Shown in pieces: positions 27,001 to 42,000 of a stretch of 64,000 bases of DNA; position 1 is the stretch's first letter; every line of letters starts with the position of its first letter. The stretch is from positions 247,628,001 to 247,692,000 of the forward strand of contig OZ024741.1 of assembly GCA_964016885.1 (NCBI GenBank), written 5' to 3'. Origin of the DNA: Eledone cirrhosa (taxonomy: Eukaryota). Position numbers and translations under genes: made by a program. The notes below the pieces were generated by a model. The model searched no databases. It was not told the origin of the DNA and worked only from the letters and a program-made list of their open reading frames with translations.

Positions 27001-30000
27001 TTTTTTTTACAAATTATCTCCCCCTGATTTTTTTTACAACTTATCTGCGCCTGATTTTTTTAAAAAAATTATCTCCCCTTGGACGGCTGGAAATTATCTC
27101 CCCTTGGACGGCTGGAAATTATCTCTCCTTGGACGGCTAGAATTTACCTCTCCTTGGACGGCTGAAAATTATCTCCCCTTGGACGGCTGGAAATTATCTC
27201 CCCTTGATTTTTTTTACAAATTATCTCCCCCTGATTTTTTTTTACAAATTATCTCCCCCTGATTTTTTTACAAATTATCTCCCCTTGGCTGGCTGGAAAT
27301 TATCTCCCCTTGGAGGCTGGAACTTATCTCCCCTTGGACGGCTAGAAATTACCTCTCCTTGGACGGCTGGAAAATATGTCTCCTTGGACGGCTGGATATT
27401 ATCTCCCCTTGGACGGCTGGAAATTATCTCCCCTTGGACGGCTGGAAATTATCTCCCCTTGGATGGCTAGATATTACCTCCCCTTGGACGGCTGGAAATT
27501 ATCTCCCCTTGATTTTTTTTACAAATTATCTCCCCCTGATTTTTTTTACAAATTATCTCCCCCTGATTTTTTTTTACAAATTATCTCCCCCTGATTTTTG
27601 TTTACAAATTATCTCCGCCTGATTTTTTTAAATATTATCTCTCCTTGGCTGGCGGGAAATTATCTCCCCTTGGACGGCTGGAAATTATCTCCCCTTGGAA
27701 GGATGGAAATTATCTCCCCTTGGACGGCTGGAAATTATCTACCCCTGATTTTTTTTACAAATTATCTCCCCCTGATTTTTTTTACAAATTATCTCCCCCT
27801 GATTTTTTTTACAAATTATCTACCCCTGATTTCTTTTACAAATTATCTCCCCCTGATTTTTTTTACAAATTATCTCCCCCTGATTTTTTTTTTACAAATT
27901 ATCTCCCCCTGATTTTTTTACAAATTATCTCCCCCTGATTTTTTTTACAAATTATCTCCGCCTGATTTTTTTAAATATTATCTTCCCTTGGCTGGCTGGA
28001 AATTATCTCCCCTTGGACGGCTAGAAATTACCTCTCCTTGGACGGCTGGAAATTATCTCCCCTTGGACGGCTGGAAATTATCTCCCCTTGGACGGATAGA
28101 TATTACCTCCCCTTGGACGGCTGGAAATTATCTCCCCTTGATTTTTTTACAAATTATCTCCCCCTGATTTATTTTACAAATCTCCCAATGATTTTTAAAA
28201 AAAAATTATCTCCCCTTCGCTGGCTGGAAATTATCTCCCCTTGGACGCTGGAAATTATCTCCCCTTGGACGGCTGAAAATTATCTCCCCTTGGACGGCTG
28301 GAAATTATCTCCCCTTGATTTTTTTTACAAATTATCTCCCCCTGATTTTTTTTTACAAATTATCTCCGCCTGATTTTTTTTACAAATTATCTCCCCCTGA
28401 TTTTTTTTTACAAATTATCTCCCCCTGATTTTTTTACAAATTATCTCCCCCTGATTTTTTTTACAAATTATCTCCGCCTGATTTTTTAAAATATTATCTT
28501 CCCTTGGCTGGCGGGAAATTATCTCCCCTTGGACGGCTGGAAATTATCTGCCCTTGATTTTCTTTTTACAAATTATCTTCCACTGATTTTTTTTACAAAT
28601 TATCTCCACCTGATTTTTTAAAAAATTATCTCCCCTTGGACGGCTGGAAATTATCTCCCCTTGGACGGCTGGAAATTATCTCCCCTTGGACGGCTGGAAA
28701 TTATCTCTCCTTGGACGGCTAGAATTTACCTCTCCTTGGACGGCTGAAAATTATCTCCCCTTGGACGGCTGGAAATTATCTCCCCTTGGACGGCTGGAAA
28801 TTATCTCCCCTTGGACGGCTGGAAATTATCTCTCCTTGGACGGCTAGAAATTACCTCTCCTTGGACGGCTGGAAAATATGTCTCCTTGGACGGCTGGATA
28901 TTATCTCCCCTTGGACGGCTGGAAATTATCTCCCCTTGGACGGCTGGAAATTATCTCCCCTTGGATGGCTAGATATTACCTCCCCTTGGACGGCTGGAAA
29001 TTATCTCCCCTTGATTTTTTTACAAATTATCTCCCCCTGATTTTTTTTTACAAATTATCTCCCCCTGATTTTTTTTTACAAATTATCTCCCCCTGATTTT
29101 TGTTTACAAATTATCTCCGCCTGATTTTTTTTTTTAAATTATCTCCCCTTGGACGGCTGGAAATTATCTCCCCTTGGACGGCTAGAAATTACCTCTCCTT
29201 GGACGGCTGAAAATTATCTCCCCTTGGACGGCTGGAAATTATCTCCCCTTGATTTTTTTACAAATTATCTCCCCCTGATTTTTTTTTTACAAATTATCTC
29301 CCCCTGATTTTTTTTTACAAATTATCTACCCCTGATTTTTTTTTACAAATTATCTCCCCCTGATTTTTTTTTACAAATTATCTACCCCTGATTTTTTTTA
29401 CAAATTATCTCCCCCTGATTTTTTTTACAAATTATCTCCCCCTGATTTTTTTTTTACAAATTATCTCCCCCTGATTTTTTTACAAATTATCTCCCCTTGA
29501 TTTTTTTTTACAACTTATCTGCGCCTGATTTTTTTTAAAAAATTATCTCCCCTTGGACGGCTGGAAATTATCTCCCCTTGGACGGCTGGAAATTATCTCT
29601 CCTTGGACGGCTAGAATTTACCTCTCCTTGGACGGCTGAAAATTATCTCCCCTTGGACGGCTGGGAATTATCTCCCCTTGATTTTTTTTACAAATTATCT
29701 CCTCCTGATTTTTTTTTACAAATTATCTCCCCCTGATTTTTTTTTACAAATTATCTCCCCCTGATTTTTTTTTACAAATTATCTCCCCCTGATTTTTTTA
29801 CAAATTATCTCCCCTTGGCTGGCTGGAAATTATCTCCCCTTGGAGCCTGGAACTTATGTCCCCTTGGACGGCTAGAAATTACCTCTCCTTGGACGGCTGG
29901 AAAATATGTCTCCTTGGACGGCTGGATATTATCTCCCCTTGGACGGCTGGAAATTATCTCCCCTTGGACGGCTGGAAATTATCTCCCCTTGGATGGCTAG

Positions 30001-33000
30001 ATATTACCTCCCCTTGGACGGCTGGAAATTATCTCCCCTTGATTTTTTTTACAAATTATCTCCCCCTGATTTTTTTTTACAAATTATCTCCCCCTGATTT
30101 TTTTTTACAAATTATCTCCCCCTGATTTTTGTTTACAAATTATCTCCGCCTATTTTTTTTTAAAAATTATCTCCCCTTGGACGGCTGGAAATTATCTCCC
30201 CTTGGACGGCTAGAAATTACCTCTCCTTGGACGGCTGAAAATTATCTCCCCTTGGACGGCTGGAAATTATCTCCCCTTGATTTTTTTACAAATTATCTCC
30301 CCCTGATTTTTTTTTTACAAATTATCTCCCCCTGATTTTTTTTTTACAAATTATCTCCCCCTGATTTTTTTACAAATTATCTCCCCCTAATTTTTTTTAC
30401 AAATTATCTCCGCCTGATTTTTTTAAATATTATCTCTCCTTGGCTGGCGGGAAATTATCTCACCTTGGACGGCTGGAAATTATCTCCCCTTGGAAGAATG
30501 GAAATTATCTCCCCTTGGACGGCTGGAAATTATCTACCCCTGATTTTTTTTACAAATTATCTCCCCCTGATTTTTTTTACAAATTATCTCCCCCTGATTT
30601 TTTTTTACAAATTATCTACCCCTGATTTTTTTTACAAATTATCTCCCCCTGATTTTTTTTACAAATTATCTCCCCCTGATTTTTTTTTACAAATTATCTA
30701 CCCCTGATTTTTTTTACAAATTATCTCCCCCTGATTTTTTTTTACAAATTATCTCCCCCTGATTTTTTTACAAATTATCTCCCCCTGATTTTTTTTACAA
30801 TCTCCGCCTGATTTTTTTAAAAATTATCTTCTCTTGGCTGGCTGGAAATTATCTCCCCTTGGACACTGGAAATTATAGCCACTTGGAGGGCTGGAAATTA
30901 TCTTCCCTTGGACGGCTGGAAATTATCTCCCCTTGATTTTTTTTACAAATTATCTCCGCCTGATTTTTTTTTACAAATTATCTCCCCCTGATTTTTTTTT
31001 ACAAATTATCTACCCCTGATTTTTTTTTACAAATTATCTCCCCCTGATTTTTTTTACAAATTATCTCCCCCTGATTTCTCTTTTACAAATTATCTCCCCC
31101 TGATTTTTTTACAAATTATCTCCCCCTGATTTTTTTTACAAATTATCTCCGCCTGATTTTTTTAAATATTATCTTCCCTTGGCTGGCGGGAAATTATCTC
31201 CCCTTGGACGGCTGGAAATTATCTACCCTTGATTTTCTTTTTACAAATTATCTTCCACTGATTTTTTTTACAAATTATCTCCACCTGATTTTTTAAAAAA
31301 TTATCTCCCCTTGGAAGGCTGGAAATTATCTCCCCTTGGCTGGAAATTATCTCCCCTTGGACGGCTAGAAATTATCTCTCTTTGGACGGCTGGAAATTAT
31401 CACCCCTTGAGTTTTTTACAAATTATCTCCCCCTGATTTTTTTACAAATTATCTCCCCCTGATTTTTTTTACAAATTATCTCCGCCTGATTTTTTTAAAT
31501 ATTATCTTCCCTTGGCTGGCGGGAAATTATCTCCCCTTGGACGGCTGAAAATTATCTCCCCTTGGACGGCTGGAAATTATCTCCCCTTGATTTTTTTTAC
31601 AAATTATCTCCCCCTGATTTTTTTTTACAAATTATCTCCCCCTGATTTTTTTACAAATTATCTCCCCTTGGACGCTGGAAATTATAGCCCCTTGGAGGGC
31701 TGGAAATTATCTTCCCTTGGACGGCTGCAAATTATCTCCCCTTGATTTTTTTTACAAATTATCTCCCCCTGATTTTTTTTACAAATTATCTCCCCCTGAT
31801 TTTTTTTACAAATTATCTACCCCTAATTTTTTTTACAAATTATCTCCCCCTGATTTTTTTTTACAAATTATCTCCCCCTGATTTTTTTTTACAAATTATC
31901 TCCCCCTGATTTTTTTACAAATTATCTCCCCCTGATTTTTTTTACAATCTCCGCCTGATTTTTTTAAAAATTATCTTCTCTTGGCTGGCTGGAAATTATC
32001 TCCCCTTGGACACTGGAAATTATAGCCACTTGGAGGGCTGGAAATTATCTTCCCTTGGACGGCTGGAAATTATCACCCCTTGATTTTTTTTACAAATTAT
32101 CTCCGCCTGATTTTTTTTTACAAATTATCTCCCCCTGATTTTTTTTTACAAATTATCTAACCCTGATTTTTTTTTACAAATTATCTCCCCCTGATTTTTT
32201 TTACAAATTATCTCCCCCTGATTTCTCTTTTACAAATTATCTCCCCCTGATTTTTTTACAAATTATCTCCCCCTGATTTTTTTTACAAATTATCTCCGCC
32301 TGATTTTTTTAAATATTATCTTCCCTTGGCTGGCGGGAAATTATCTCCCCTTGGACGGCTGGAAATTATCTACCCTTGATTTTCTTTTTACAAATTATCT
32401 TCCACTGATTTTTTTTACAAATTATCTCCACCTGATTTTTTAAAAAATTATCTCCCCTTGGAAGGCTGGAAATTATCTCCCCTTGGCTGGAAATTATCTC
32501 CCCTTGGACGGCTAGAAATTATCTCTCTTTGGACGGCTGGAAATTATCACCCCTTGAGCTTTTTACAAATTATCTCCCCCTGATTTTTTTTACAAATCTC
32601 CCTGTGATTTTTTAAAAAAAATTATCTCCCCTTCGCTGGCTGGAAATTATCTCCCCTTGGACGCTGGAAATTATAGCCCCTTGGAGGGCTGGAAATTATC
32701 TTCCCTTGGACGGCTGGAAATTATCTCCCCTTGATTTTTTTTACAAATTATCTCCCCCTGATTTTTTTTTACAAATTATCTCCCCCTGATTTTTTTTACA
32801 ACTTATCTGCGCCTGATTTTTTTTTAAAAATTATCTCCCCTTGGACGGCTGGAAATTATCTCCCCTTGGACTGCTGGAAATTATCTCTCCTTGGACGGCT
32901 AGAATTTACCTCTCCTTGGACGGCTGAAAATTATCTCCCCTTGGACGGCTGGAAATTATCTCCCCTTGATTTTTTTTACAAATTATCTCCCCCTGATTTT

Positions 33001-36000
33001 TTTTTACAAATTATCTCCCCCTGATTTTTTTTTACAAATTATCTCCCCCTGATTTTTTTTTACAAATTATCTACCCCTGATTTTCTTTTACAAATTATCT
33101 CCCCTTGGCTGGCTGGAAATTATCTCCCCTTGGAGGCTGGAACTTATCTCCCCTTGGACGGCTAGAAATTACCTCTCCTTGGTCGGCTGGAAAATATGTC
33201 TCCTTGGACGGCTGGATATTATCTCCCCTTGGACGGCTGGAAATTATCTCCCCTTGGACGGCTGAAAATTATCTCCCCTTGATTTTTTTTACAAATTATC
33301 TCCCCCTGATTTTTTTTTACAAATTATCTCCCCCTGATTTTTGTTTACAAATTATCTCCGCCTGATTTTTTAAAAAAATTATCTCCCCTTGGACGGATAG
33401 AAATTACCTCTCCTTGGACGGCTGAAAATTATCTCCCCTTTGACGGCTGGAAATTATCTCCCCTTGATTTTTTTACAAATTATCTCCCCCTGATTTTTTT
33501 TTTACAAATTATCTCCCCCTGATTTTTTTTTACAAATTATCTACCCCTGATTTTTTTTTACAAATTATCTCCCCCTGATTTTTTTTACAAATTATCTCCC
33601 CCTGATTTTTTTTTACAAATTATCTCCCCCTGATTTTTTTACAAATTATCTCCCCCTGATTTTTTTTACAAATTATCTCCGCCTGATTTTTTTAAATATT
33701 ATCTCTCCTTGGCTGGCGGGAAATTATCTCCCCTTGGACGGCTGGAAATTATCTCCCCTTGGAAGGATGGAAATTATCTCCCCTTGGACGGCTGGAAATT
33801 ATCTACCCCTGATTTTTTTTACAAATTATCTCCCCCTGATTTTTTTTACAAATTATCTCCCCCTGATTTTTTTTACAAATTATCTACCCCTGATTTTTTT
33901 TACAAATTATCTCCCCCTGATTTTTTTTACAAATTATCTCCCCCTGATTTTTTTTTTACAAATTATCTCACCCTGATTTTTTTACAAATTATCTCCCCCT
34001 GATTTTTTTTACAAATTATCTCCGCCTGATTTTTTTAAATATTATCTTCCCTTGGCTGGCGGGAAATTATCTCCCCTTGAAGGGCTGAAAATTATCTCCC
34101 CTTGGACGGCTGGAAATTATCTCCCCTTGATTTTTTTTACAAATTATCTCCCCCTGATTTTTTTTACAAATTATCTCCCCCTGATTTTTTTTACAAATTA
34201 TCTCCCCCTGATTTTTTTTTACAAATTATCTGCCGCTGATTTTTTTTACAAATTATCTCCCCCTGATTTTTTTACAAATTATCTCCCCTTGGCTGGCTGG
34301 AAATTACCTCCCCTTGGAGGCTGGAATTTATCTCCCCTTGGACGGCTAGAAATTACCTCTCCTTGGACGGCTGGAAAATATGTCTCCTTGGACGGCTGGA
34401 TATTATCTCCCCTTGGACGGCTGGAAATTATCTCCCCTTGGACGGCTGGAAATTATCTCCCCTTGGACGGATAGATATTACCTCCCCTTGGACGGCTGGA
34501 AATTATCTCCCCTTGGACGGCTGGAAATTATCTCCCCATGGACGGCTGGAAATTATCTCCCCTTGGACGGCTAGAAATTATCTCTCCTTGGACGGCTGAA
34601 AATTATCTCCCCTTGGACGGCTGGAAATTATCTCCCCTTGGACGGCTGGAAATTATCTCTCCTTGGACGGCTAGAATTTACCTCTCCTTGGACGGCTGAA
34701 AATTATCTCCCCTTGGACGGCTGGAAATTATCTCCCCTTGATTTTTTTTACAAATTATCTCCCCCTGATTTTTTTTTACAAATTATCTCCCCCTGATTTT
34801 TTTTTACAAATTATATCCCCCTGATTTTTTTTTACAAATTATCTACCCCTGATTTTTTTTTACAAATTATCTCCCCTTGGCTGGCTGGAAATTATCTCCC
34901 CTTGGAGGCTGGAACTTATCTCCCCTTGGACGGCTAGAAATTACCTCTCCTTGGTCGGCTGGAAAATATGTCTCCTTGGACGGCTGGATATTATCTCCCC
35001 TTGGACGGCTGGAAATTATCTCCCCTTGGACGGCTGAAAATTATCTCCCCTTGATTTTTTTTACAAATTATCTCCCCCTGATTTTTTTTTACAAATTATC
35101 TCCCCCTGATTTTTGTTTACAAATTATCTCCGCCTGATTTTTTAAAAAAATTATCTCCCCTTGGACGGATAGAAATTACCTCTCCTTGGACGGCTGAAAA
35201 TTATCTCCCCTTTGACGGCTGGAAATTATCTCCCCTTGATTTTTTTACAAATTATCTCCCCCTGATTTTTTTTTTACAAATTATCTCCCCCTGATTTTTT
35301 TTTACAAATTATCTACCCCTGATTTTTTTTTACAAATTATCTCCCCCTGATTTTTTTTACAAATTATCTCCCCCTGATTTTTTTTTACAAATTATCTCCC
35401 CCTGATTTTTTTACAAATTATCTCCCCCTGATTTTTTTTACAAATTATCTCCGCCTGATTTTTTTAAATATTATCTCTCCTTGGCTGGCGGGAAATTATC
35501 TCCCCTTGGACGGCTGGAAATTATCTCCCCTTGGAAGGATGGAAATTATCTCCCCTTGGACGGCTGGAAATTATCTACCCCTGATTTTTTTTACAAATTA
35601 TCTCCCCCTGATTTTTTTTACAAATTATCTCCCCCTGATTTTTTTTACAAATTATCTACCCCTGATTTTTTTTACAAATTATCTCCCCCTGATTTTTTTT
35701 ACAAATTATCTCCCCCTGATTTTTTTTTTACAAATTATCTCACCCTGATTTTTTTACAAATTATCTCCCCCTGATTTTTTTTACAAATTATCTCCGCCTG
35801 ATTTTTTTAAATATTATCTTCCCTTGGCTGGCGGGAAATTATCTCCCCTTGAAGGGCTGAAAATTATCTCCCCTTGGACGGCTGGAAATTATCTCCCCTT
35901 GATTTTTTTTACAAATTATCTCCCCCTGATTTTTTTTTACAAATTATCTCCCCCTGATTTTTTTTACAAATTATCTCCCCCTGATTTTTTTTTACAAATT

Positions 36001-39000
36001 ATCTGCCGCTGATTTTTTTTACAAATTATCTCCCCCTGATTTTTTTACAAATTATCTCCCCTTGGCTGGCTGGAAATTACCTCCCCTTGGAGGCTGGAAT
36101 TTATCTCCCCTTGGACGGCTAGAAATTACCTCTCCTTGGACGGCTGGAAAATATGTCTCCTTGGACGGCTGGATATTATCTCCCCTTGGACGGCTGGAAA
36201 TTATCTCCCCTTGGACGGCTGGAAATTATCTCCCCTTGGACGGATAGATATTACCTCCCCTTGGACGGCTGGAAATTATCTCCCCTTGGACGGCTGGAAA
36301 TTATCTCCCCATGGACGGCTGGAAATTATCTCCCCTTGGACGGCTAGAAATTATCTCTCCTTGGACGGCTGAAAATTATCTCCCCTTGGACGGCTGGAAA
36401 TTATCTCCCGTTGGACGGCTGGAAATTATCTCGCCTTGGACGGCTAGAATTTACCTCTCCTTGGACGGCTGAAAATTATCTCCCCTTGGACGGCTGGAAA
36501 TTATCTCCCCTTGATTTTTTTTACAAATTATCTCCCCCTGATTCTTTTTTACAAATTATCTCCCCCTGATTTTTTTTTACAAATTATCTCCCCCTGATTT
36601 TTTTTTACAAATTATCTCCCCCGGATTTTTTTTTACGAATTATCTCCCCCTGATTTTTTTTTACAAATTATCTCCCCCTGATTTTTTTTTAGAAATTATC
36701 TCCCCCTGATTTTTTTACAAATTATCTCCCCTTGGCTGGCTGGAAATTATCTCCCCTAGGAGGCTGGAACTTATCTCCCCTTGGACGGCTAGAAATTACC
36801 TCTCTTTGGACGGCTGGAAAATATGTCTCCTTGGACGGCTGGATATTATCTCCCCTTGGACGGCTGGAAATTATCTCCCCTTGGACGGCTGGAAATTATC
36901 TCCCCTTGGATGGCTAGATATTACCTCCCTTTGGACGGCTGGAAATTATCTCCCCTTGATTTTTTTTACAAATTATCTCCCCCTGATTTTTTTTTACAAA
37001 TTATCTCCCCCGATTTTTTTTTACAAATTATCTCCCCCTGATTTTTTTTTACAAATTATCTCCCCCTGATTTTTGTTTACAAATTATCTCCCCTTGGACG
37101 GCTGGAAATTATCTCCCCTTGGACGGCTAGAAATTACCTCTCCTTGGACGGCTGAAAATTATCCTCCCTTGGACGGCTGGAAATTATCTCCCCTTGATTT
37201 TTTTACAAATTATCTCCCCCTGATTTTTTTTTTACAAATTATCTCACCCTGATTTTTTTTACAAATTATCTACCCCTGATTTTTTTTTACAAATTATCTC
37301 CCCCTGATTTTTTTTACAAATTATCTCCCACTGATTTTTTTTTTACAAATTATCTCCCCCTGATTTTTTTACAAATTATCTCCCCCTGATTTTTTTTACA
37401 AATTATATCCGCCTGATTTTTTTAAATATTATCTCTCCTTGGCTGGCGGGAAATTATCTCCCCTTGGACGGCTGGAAATTATCTCCCCTTGGAAGGATGG
37501 AAATTATCTCCCCTTGGACGGCTGGAAATTATCTACCCCTGATTTTTTTTACAAATTATCTCCCCCTGATTTTTTTTACAAATTATCTCCCCCTGATTTT
37601 TTTTTACAAATTATCTCCCCCTGATTTTTTTACAAATTATCTCCCCCTGATTTTTTTTACAAATTATCTCCGCCTGATTTTTTAAAATATTATCTTACCT
37701 TGGCTGGCGGGAAATTATATCCCCTTGGACGGCTGAAAATTATCTCCCCTTGGACGGCTGGAAATTATCTCCCCTTGATTTTTTTTACAAATTATCTCCC
37801 CCTGATTTTTTTTTACAAATTATCTCCCCCTGATTTTTTTTACAAATTATCTCCCCCCTGATTTTTTTACAAATTATCTCCCCTTGGCTGGCTGGAAATT
37901 ATCTCCCCTTGGAGGCTGGAACTTATCTCCCCTTGGACGGCTAGAAATTACCTCTCCTTGGACGGCTGGAAAATATGTCTCCTTGGACGGCTGGATATTA
38001 TCTCCCCTTGGACGGCTGGAAATTATCTCCCCTTGGACGGCTGGAAATTATCTCCCCTTGGATGGCTAGATATTACCTCCCCTTGGACGGCTGGAAATTA
38101 TCTCCCTTTGATTTTTTTTACAAATTATCTCCCCCTGATTTTTTTTTACAAATTATCTCCCCCTGATTTTTTTTTACAAATTATCTCCCCCTGATTTTTG
38201 TTTACAAATTATCTCCGCCTGATTTTTTTTTAAAAATTATCTCCCCTTGGACGGCTGGAAATTATCTCCCCTTGGACGGCTAGAAATTACCTCTCCTTGG
38301 ACGGCTGAAAATTATCTCCCCTTGGACGGCTGGAAATTATCTCCCCTTGATTTTTTTACAAATTATCTCCCCCTGATTTTTTTTTTACAAATTATCTCCC
38401 CCTGATTTTTTTTTACAAATTATCTACCCCTGATTTTTTTTTACAAATTATCTCCCCCTGATTTTTTTTACAAATTATCTCCCCCTGATTTTTTTTTACA
38501 AATTATCTCCCCCTGATTTTTTTACAAATTATCTCCCCCTGATTTTTTTTACAAATTGTCTCCGCCTGATTTTTTTAAATATTATCTCTCCTTGGCTGGC
38601 GGGAAATTATCTCCCCTTGGACGGCTGGAAATTATCTCCCTTTGGAAGGATGGAAATTATCTCCCCTTGGACGGCTAGAAATTATCTCTCTTTGGACGGC
38701 TGGAAATTATCACCCCTTGAGTTTTTTACAAATTATCTCCCCCTGATTTTTTTTACAAATCTCCCAGTGATTTTTAAAAAAAAATTATCTCCCCTTCGCT
38801 GGCTGGAAATTATCTCCCCTTGGACGCTGGAAATTATAGCACCTTGGAGGGCTGGAAATTATCTTCCCTTGGACGGCTGGAAATTATCTCCCCTTGATTT
38901 TTTTTACAAATTATCTCCCCCTGATTTTTTTTTACAAATTATCTCCCCCTGATTTTTTTTTACAACTTATCTGCGCCTGATTTTTTTAAAAAAATTATCT

Positions 39001-42000
39001 CCCCTTGGACGGCTGGAAATTATCTCCCCTTGGACGGCTGGAAATTATCTCTCCTTGGACGGCTAGAATTTACCTCTCCTTGGACGGCTGAAAATTATCT
39101 CCCCTTGGACGGCTGGAAATTATCTCCCCTTGATTTTTTTTACAAATTATCTCCCCCTGATTTTTTTTTACAAATTATCTCCCCCTGATTTTTTTTACAA
39201 ATTATCTCCCCCTGATTTTTTTTTACAAATTATCTCCCCCTGATTTTTTTTACAAATTATCTCCCCCTGATTTTCTTACAAATTATCTCCCCTTGGCTGG
39301 CTGGAAATTATCTCCCCTTGGACGGCTGGAAATTATCTCCCATTGGATGGCTAGATATTACCTCCCCTTGGACGGCTGGAAATTATCTCCCCTTGATTTT
39401 TTTTACAAATTATCTCCCCCTGATTTTTTTTACAAATTATCTCCCCCTGATTTTTTTTTACAAATTATCTCCCCCTGATTTTTGTTTACAAATTATCTCC
39501 GCCTGATTTTTTTTTAAAAATTATCTCCCCTTGGACGGCTGGAAATTATCTCCCCCTGGACGGCTAGAAATTACCTCTCCTTGGACGGCTGAAAATTATC
39601 TCCCCTTGGACGGCTGGAAATTATCTCCCCTTGATTTTTTTACAAATTATCTCCCCCTGATTTTTTTTTTACAAATTATCTCCCCCTGATTTTTTTTTTA
39701 CAAATTATCTCCCCCTGATTTTTTTACAAATTATCTCCCCCTAATTTTTTTTACAAATTATCTCCGCCTGATTTTTTTAAATATTATCTCTCCTTGGCTG
39801 GCGGGAAATTATCTCCCCTTGGACGGCTGGAAATTATCTCCCCTTGGAAGGATGGAAATTATCTCCCCTTGGACGGCTGGAAATTATCTACCCCTGATTT
39901 TTTTTACAAATTATCTCCCCCTGATTTTTTTTACAAATTATCTCCCCCTGATTTTTTTTTACAAATTATCTACCCCTGATTTTTTTTACAAATTATCTCC
40001 CCCTGATTTTTTTTACAAATTATCTCCCCCTGATTTTTTTTTACAAATTATCTACCCCTGATTTTTTTTACAAATTATCTCCCCCTGATTTTTTTTTACA
40101 AATTATCTCCCCCTGATTTTTTTACAAATTATCTCCCCCTGATTTTTTTTACAATCTCCGCCTGATTTTTTTAAAAATTATCTTCTCTTGGCTGGCTGGA
40201 AATTATCTCCCCTTGGACACTGGAAATTATAGCCACTTGGAGGGCTGGAAATTATCTTCCCTTGGACGGCTGGAAATTATCTCCCCTTGATTTTTTTTAC
40301 AAATTATCTCCGCCTGATTTTTTTTTACAAATTATCTCCCCCTGATTTTTTTTTACAAATTATCTACCCCTGATTTTTTTTTACAAATTATCTCCCCCTG
40401 ATTTTTTTTACAAATTATCTCCCCCTGATTTCTCTTTTACAAATTATCTCCCCCTGATTTTTTTACAAATTATCTCCCCCTGATTTTTTTTACAAATTAT
40501 CTCCGCCTGATTTTTTTAAATATTATCTTCCCTTGGCTGGCGGGAAATTATCTCCCCTTGGACGGCTGGAAATTATCTACCCTTGATTTTCTTTTTACAA
40601 ATTATCTTCCACTGATTTTTTTTACAAATTATCTCCACCTGATTTTTTAAAAAATTATCTCCCATTGGAAGGCTGGAAATTATCTCCCCTTGGACGGCTG
40701 GAAATTATCTCTCCTTGGACGGCTGGAAATTATCTCTCCTTGGACGGCTAGAATTTACCTCTCCTTGGACGGCTGAAAATTATCTCCCCTTGGACGGCTG
40801 GAAATTACCTCCCCTTGGACGGCTGGAAATTATCTCCCTTGGACGGCTGGAAATTATCTCCCCTTGGATGGCTAGATATTACCTCCCCTTGGACGGCTGG
40901 AAATTATCTCTCCTTGGACGGCTAGAATTTACCTCTCCTTGGACGGCTGAAAATTATCTCCCCTTGGACGGCTGGAAATTACCTCCCCTTGATTTTTTTT
41001 ACAAATTATCTCCCCCTGATTTTTTTTTACAAATTATCTCCCCCTGATTTTTTTTTACAAATTATCTCCCCCTGATTTTTTTTTACAAATTATCTCCCCC
41101 TGATTTTTTTTACAAATTATCTCCCCTTGGCTGGCTGGAAATTATCTCCCCTTGGAGGCTGGAACTTATCTCCCCTTGGACGGCTAGAAATTACCTCTCC
41201 TTGGACGGCTGGAAAATATGTCTCCTTGGACGGCTGGAAATTATCTCCCCTTGGACGGCTGGAAATTATCTCCCTTGGACGGCTGGAAATTATCTCCCCT
41301 TGGATGGCTAGATATTACCTCCCCTTGGACGGCTGGAAATTATCTCCCCTTGATTTTTTTTAGAAATTATCTCCCCCTGATTTTTTTTTACAAATTATCT
41401 CCCCCTGATTTTTTATTACAAATTATCTCCCCCTGATTTTTGTTTACAAATTATCTCCGCCTGATTTTTTTTTTAAAATTATCTCCCCTTGGACGGCTGG
41501 AAATTATCTCCCCTTGGACGGCTAGAAATTACCTCTCCTTGGACGGCTGAAAATTATCTCCACTTGGACGGCTGGAAATTATCTACCCCTGATTTTTTTT
41601 ACAAATTATCTCCCCCTGATTTTTTTTACAAATTATCTCCCCCTGATTTTTTTTTACAAATTATCTACCCCTGATTTTTTTTACAAATTATCTCCCCCTG
41701 ATTTTTTTACAAATTGTCTCCCCCTGATTTTTTTTTACAAATTATCTCCCCCTGATTGTTTTACAAATTATCTCCCCCTGATTTTTTTTACAAATTATCT
41801 CCGCCTGATTTTTTTAAATATTATCTTCCCTTGGCTGGCGGGAAATTATCTCCCCTTGGAAGGATGGAAATTATCTCCCCTTGGACGGCTGGAAATTATC
41901 TCCCCTTGCACTGCTGGAAATTATCTCCCCTTGGACGACTGGAAATTATCTGCCCTTGATTTTGTTTTTACAAATTATCTTCCCCTCATTTTTTTTACAA

